A DNA stretch of 64,000 nucleotides from an uncultured Planctomycetota bacterium (GTDB lineage: Bacteria > Planctomycetota > DG-23 > CAZBND01), in contig CAZUUK010000001.1 in the NCBI GenBank assembly GCA_964622675.1, positions 17,900-81,899 on the forward strand. Direction: 5' to 3'. Positions within the stretch are counted from its first letter, which is position 1; each line of letters begins with the position of its first letter. Under the pieces are notes generated by a model. That model was not told the DNA's origin and did no database searches. It worked only from the letters and a program-made list of their open reading frames with translations. Below are positions 62,856-64,000 of the stretch, piece by piece. The position numbers were made by a program, and so were the translations under genes.

Positions 62856-64000
62856 TCGTCAACGTCTGCCCCGATGGCTGCGAAAAGGGCCTTTGCCTTG
62901 TCCAATGTCTCTTCGTACTCGCTCTCGGGGTCTGAGTCCGCTACGACCGCTCCCCCGACCTGGAAATAGAGATCCTCTCCCGACCGGAGGAAAGTCCGGA
63001 TGGAGATGTTGAGTTCTGACCCTCCACCGGTTCCAAGGTAGCCGACGGAACCCGTGTAGACGCTGCGCGCCGTGGGCTCCAGTTCATCTATTATTTCCAT
63101 CGAGCGAATCTTGGGCGCTCCCGTGATGGATCCCCCTGGGAAAGTCGCCTTCAGCAGGTCAACGAGATCCTTGCCCGGATGAAGCTCGCCGACGACAGTG
63201 CCCACGAGGTGGTGCACGGTCGGGTATGTTTCGACGACCTTGTGTTGCTTGACCCGAACGGTGCCGTAGGAGCACACTTTTCCGAGGTCGTTCCTTTCGA
63301 GGTCAATTATCATGTTCAACTCTGCGCTGTCTTTTTCGCTGTGGAGTAGCTCCTGGCGCAGCCGAAGGTCCTCTTCAAGGGAACCGGCCCTCGGGCGTGT
63401 GCCCTTTATCGGGCGGGTCTCCACGCGGTTTCCCGTCACGCGAAGGAAAAGCTCCGGTGAAGAACTGAGCACCGCCTGCCCGTCGAACCCGATGTGGCAG
63501 GCAAATGGAGCGGGGTTTATGGTGCGCAACTTCAGGTACAGAGAAACATCATCTGAGCGAAGTTTGGTCTGAAAGCGCTGCGACAAATTCACCTCAAATA
63601 TGTCGCCCGCGAAAATGTACTCCCGCGCCCGTTCGACCGCCGCTACATACGACGACCTGCTGAAGCCGCAGCGGATTCCCTCGGTCCGAGGCGAAACCTT
63701 CTGGGTGGGAACAACGGAAGCGGCCCGCGTCGCAAAACCTACAGCCTCCTTCAGTGCCTCCTTCGTCTCCCTCCCTGCAGCGCAAGTAACTGCATACACC
63801 TTTTCATCCACGTGGTCGAAAGCCAGCAGCCTGTCATAGAAGGCGAGATACAGGTCCGGCAGAGGGATGTCGCGCTCTACCGTCCGCGGCAGTCGTTCCA
63901 GGAAGTGGCATAGATCGTAACCGAAGTAACCCACGAACCCGCCGGCGAACGGGAAAGGAAGTTCCTCGGGAGTCGCGAGTAGAGGAGGTAGGAATCGCCG
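62846..64000 (-). CDS. pabB: aminodeoxychorismate synthase component I (N-terminus outside window)
   Basis: PIKGT (Lys, PabB-type) in TRPIKGTRPR; chorismate-binding motifs GG.ITGAPK, YTGS.GY, GG.VVADS. The frame stays open upstream of the GTG at 63934 to the window edge (…PFAGGFVGYFGYD). Confidence 0.8.
   Translation of the reverse strand, partial: RRFLPPLLATPEELPFPFAGGFVGYFGYDLCHFLERLPRTVERDIPLPDLYLAFYDRLLAFDHVDEKVYAVTCAAGRETKEALKEAVGFATRAASVVPTQKVSPRTEGIRCGFSRSSYVAAVERAREYIFAGDIFEVNLSQRFQTKLRSDDVSLYLKLRTINPAPFACHIGFDGQAVLSSSPELFLRVTGNRVETRPIKGTRPRAGSLEEDLRLRQELLHSEKDSAELNMIIDLERNDLGKVCSYGTVRVKQHKVVETYPTVHHLVGTVVGELHPGKDLVDLLKATFPGGSITGAPKIRSMEIIDELEPTARSVYTGSVGYLGTGGGSELNISIRTFLRSGEDLYFQVGGAVVADSDPESEYEETLDKAKALFAAIGADVDDWR

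Noticed and set aside
1-64000. Scan for CRISPR arrays, rRNA/tRNA genes, transposases, integrases, toxin-antitoxin pairs or known defence systems
   Set aside because: No regularly spaced direct repeats, no rRNA/tRNA signatures, and no protein with DDE/tyrosine-recombinase/RT or typical defence-domain motifs were seen. The window looks like core chromosome.

Overview
GC-rich (roughly 60% by eye), gene-dense chromosomal segment. It appears to come from a diderm bacterium, given a TolC-type channel, a LolA-like protein and a TIGR04073-like exosortase-associated protein. It also carries modules better known from Firmicutes: rny-ymdB, mcsA-mcsB and addAB. About 58 CDS are supported, almost all housekeeping. 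They include a MacAB-TolC-type efflux operon; arginine genes (argG, argD, argB); thrC and dapB; trpE and pabB-pabC; and a folate/C1 block (folD, lipoyl-domain protein, metV, metF, plus an acsE-type methyltransferase, an HPS-RraA fusion and queD). Also present are lexA, addAB, rph-rdgB, lpd-lipB-lipA, rny-ymdB-xseAB-ispA-nadK and a four-subunit 2-oxoacid:ferredoxin oxidoreductase. I saw no rRNA, tRNA, CRISPR array, transposase or prophage. Near-consensus sigma70 promoters (TTGACA-N16-18-TATAAT-like) can be read by eye, and these allowed several start codons to be corrected. Four items deserve the most follow-up. (1) An untranslated, hairpin-rich stretch of about 540 nt, driven by a near-perfect promoter, lies upstream of rny. 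(2) A tightly coupled five-gene hydrolase operon, with no signal peptides evident, encodes an Ntn acylase, a GH35-like enzyme, an orphan protein and two PHP/DUF3604-like paralogs. (3) A free-standing lipoyl-domain gene sits between folD and metVF. (4) A queD / hps-rraA / acsE / mcsA / mcsB operon. All functional calls rest on motifs recognised by eye, not on database searches.
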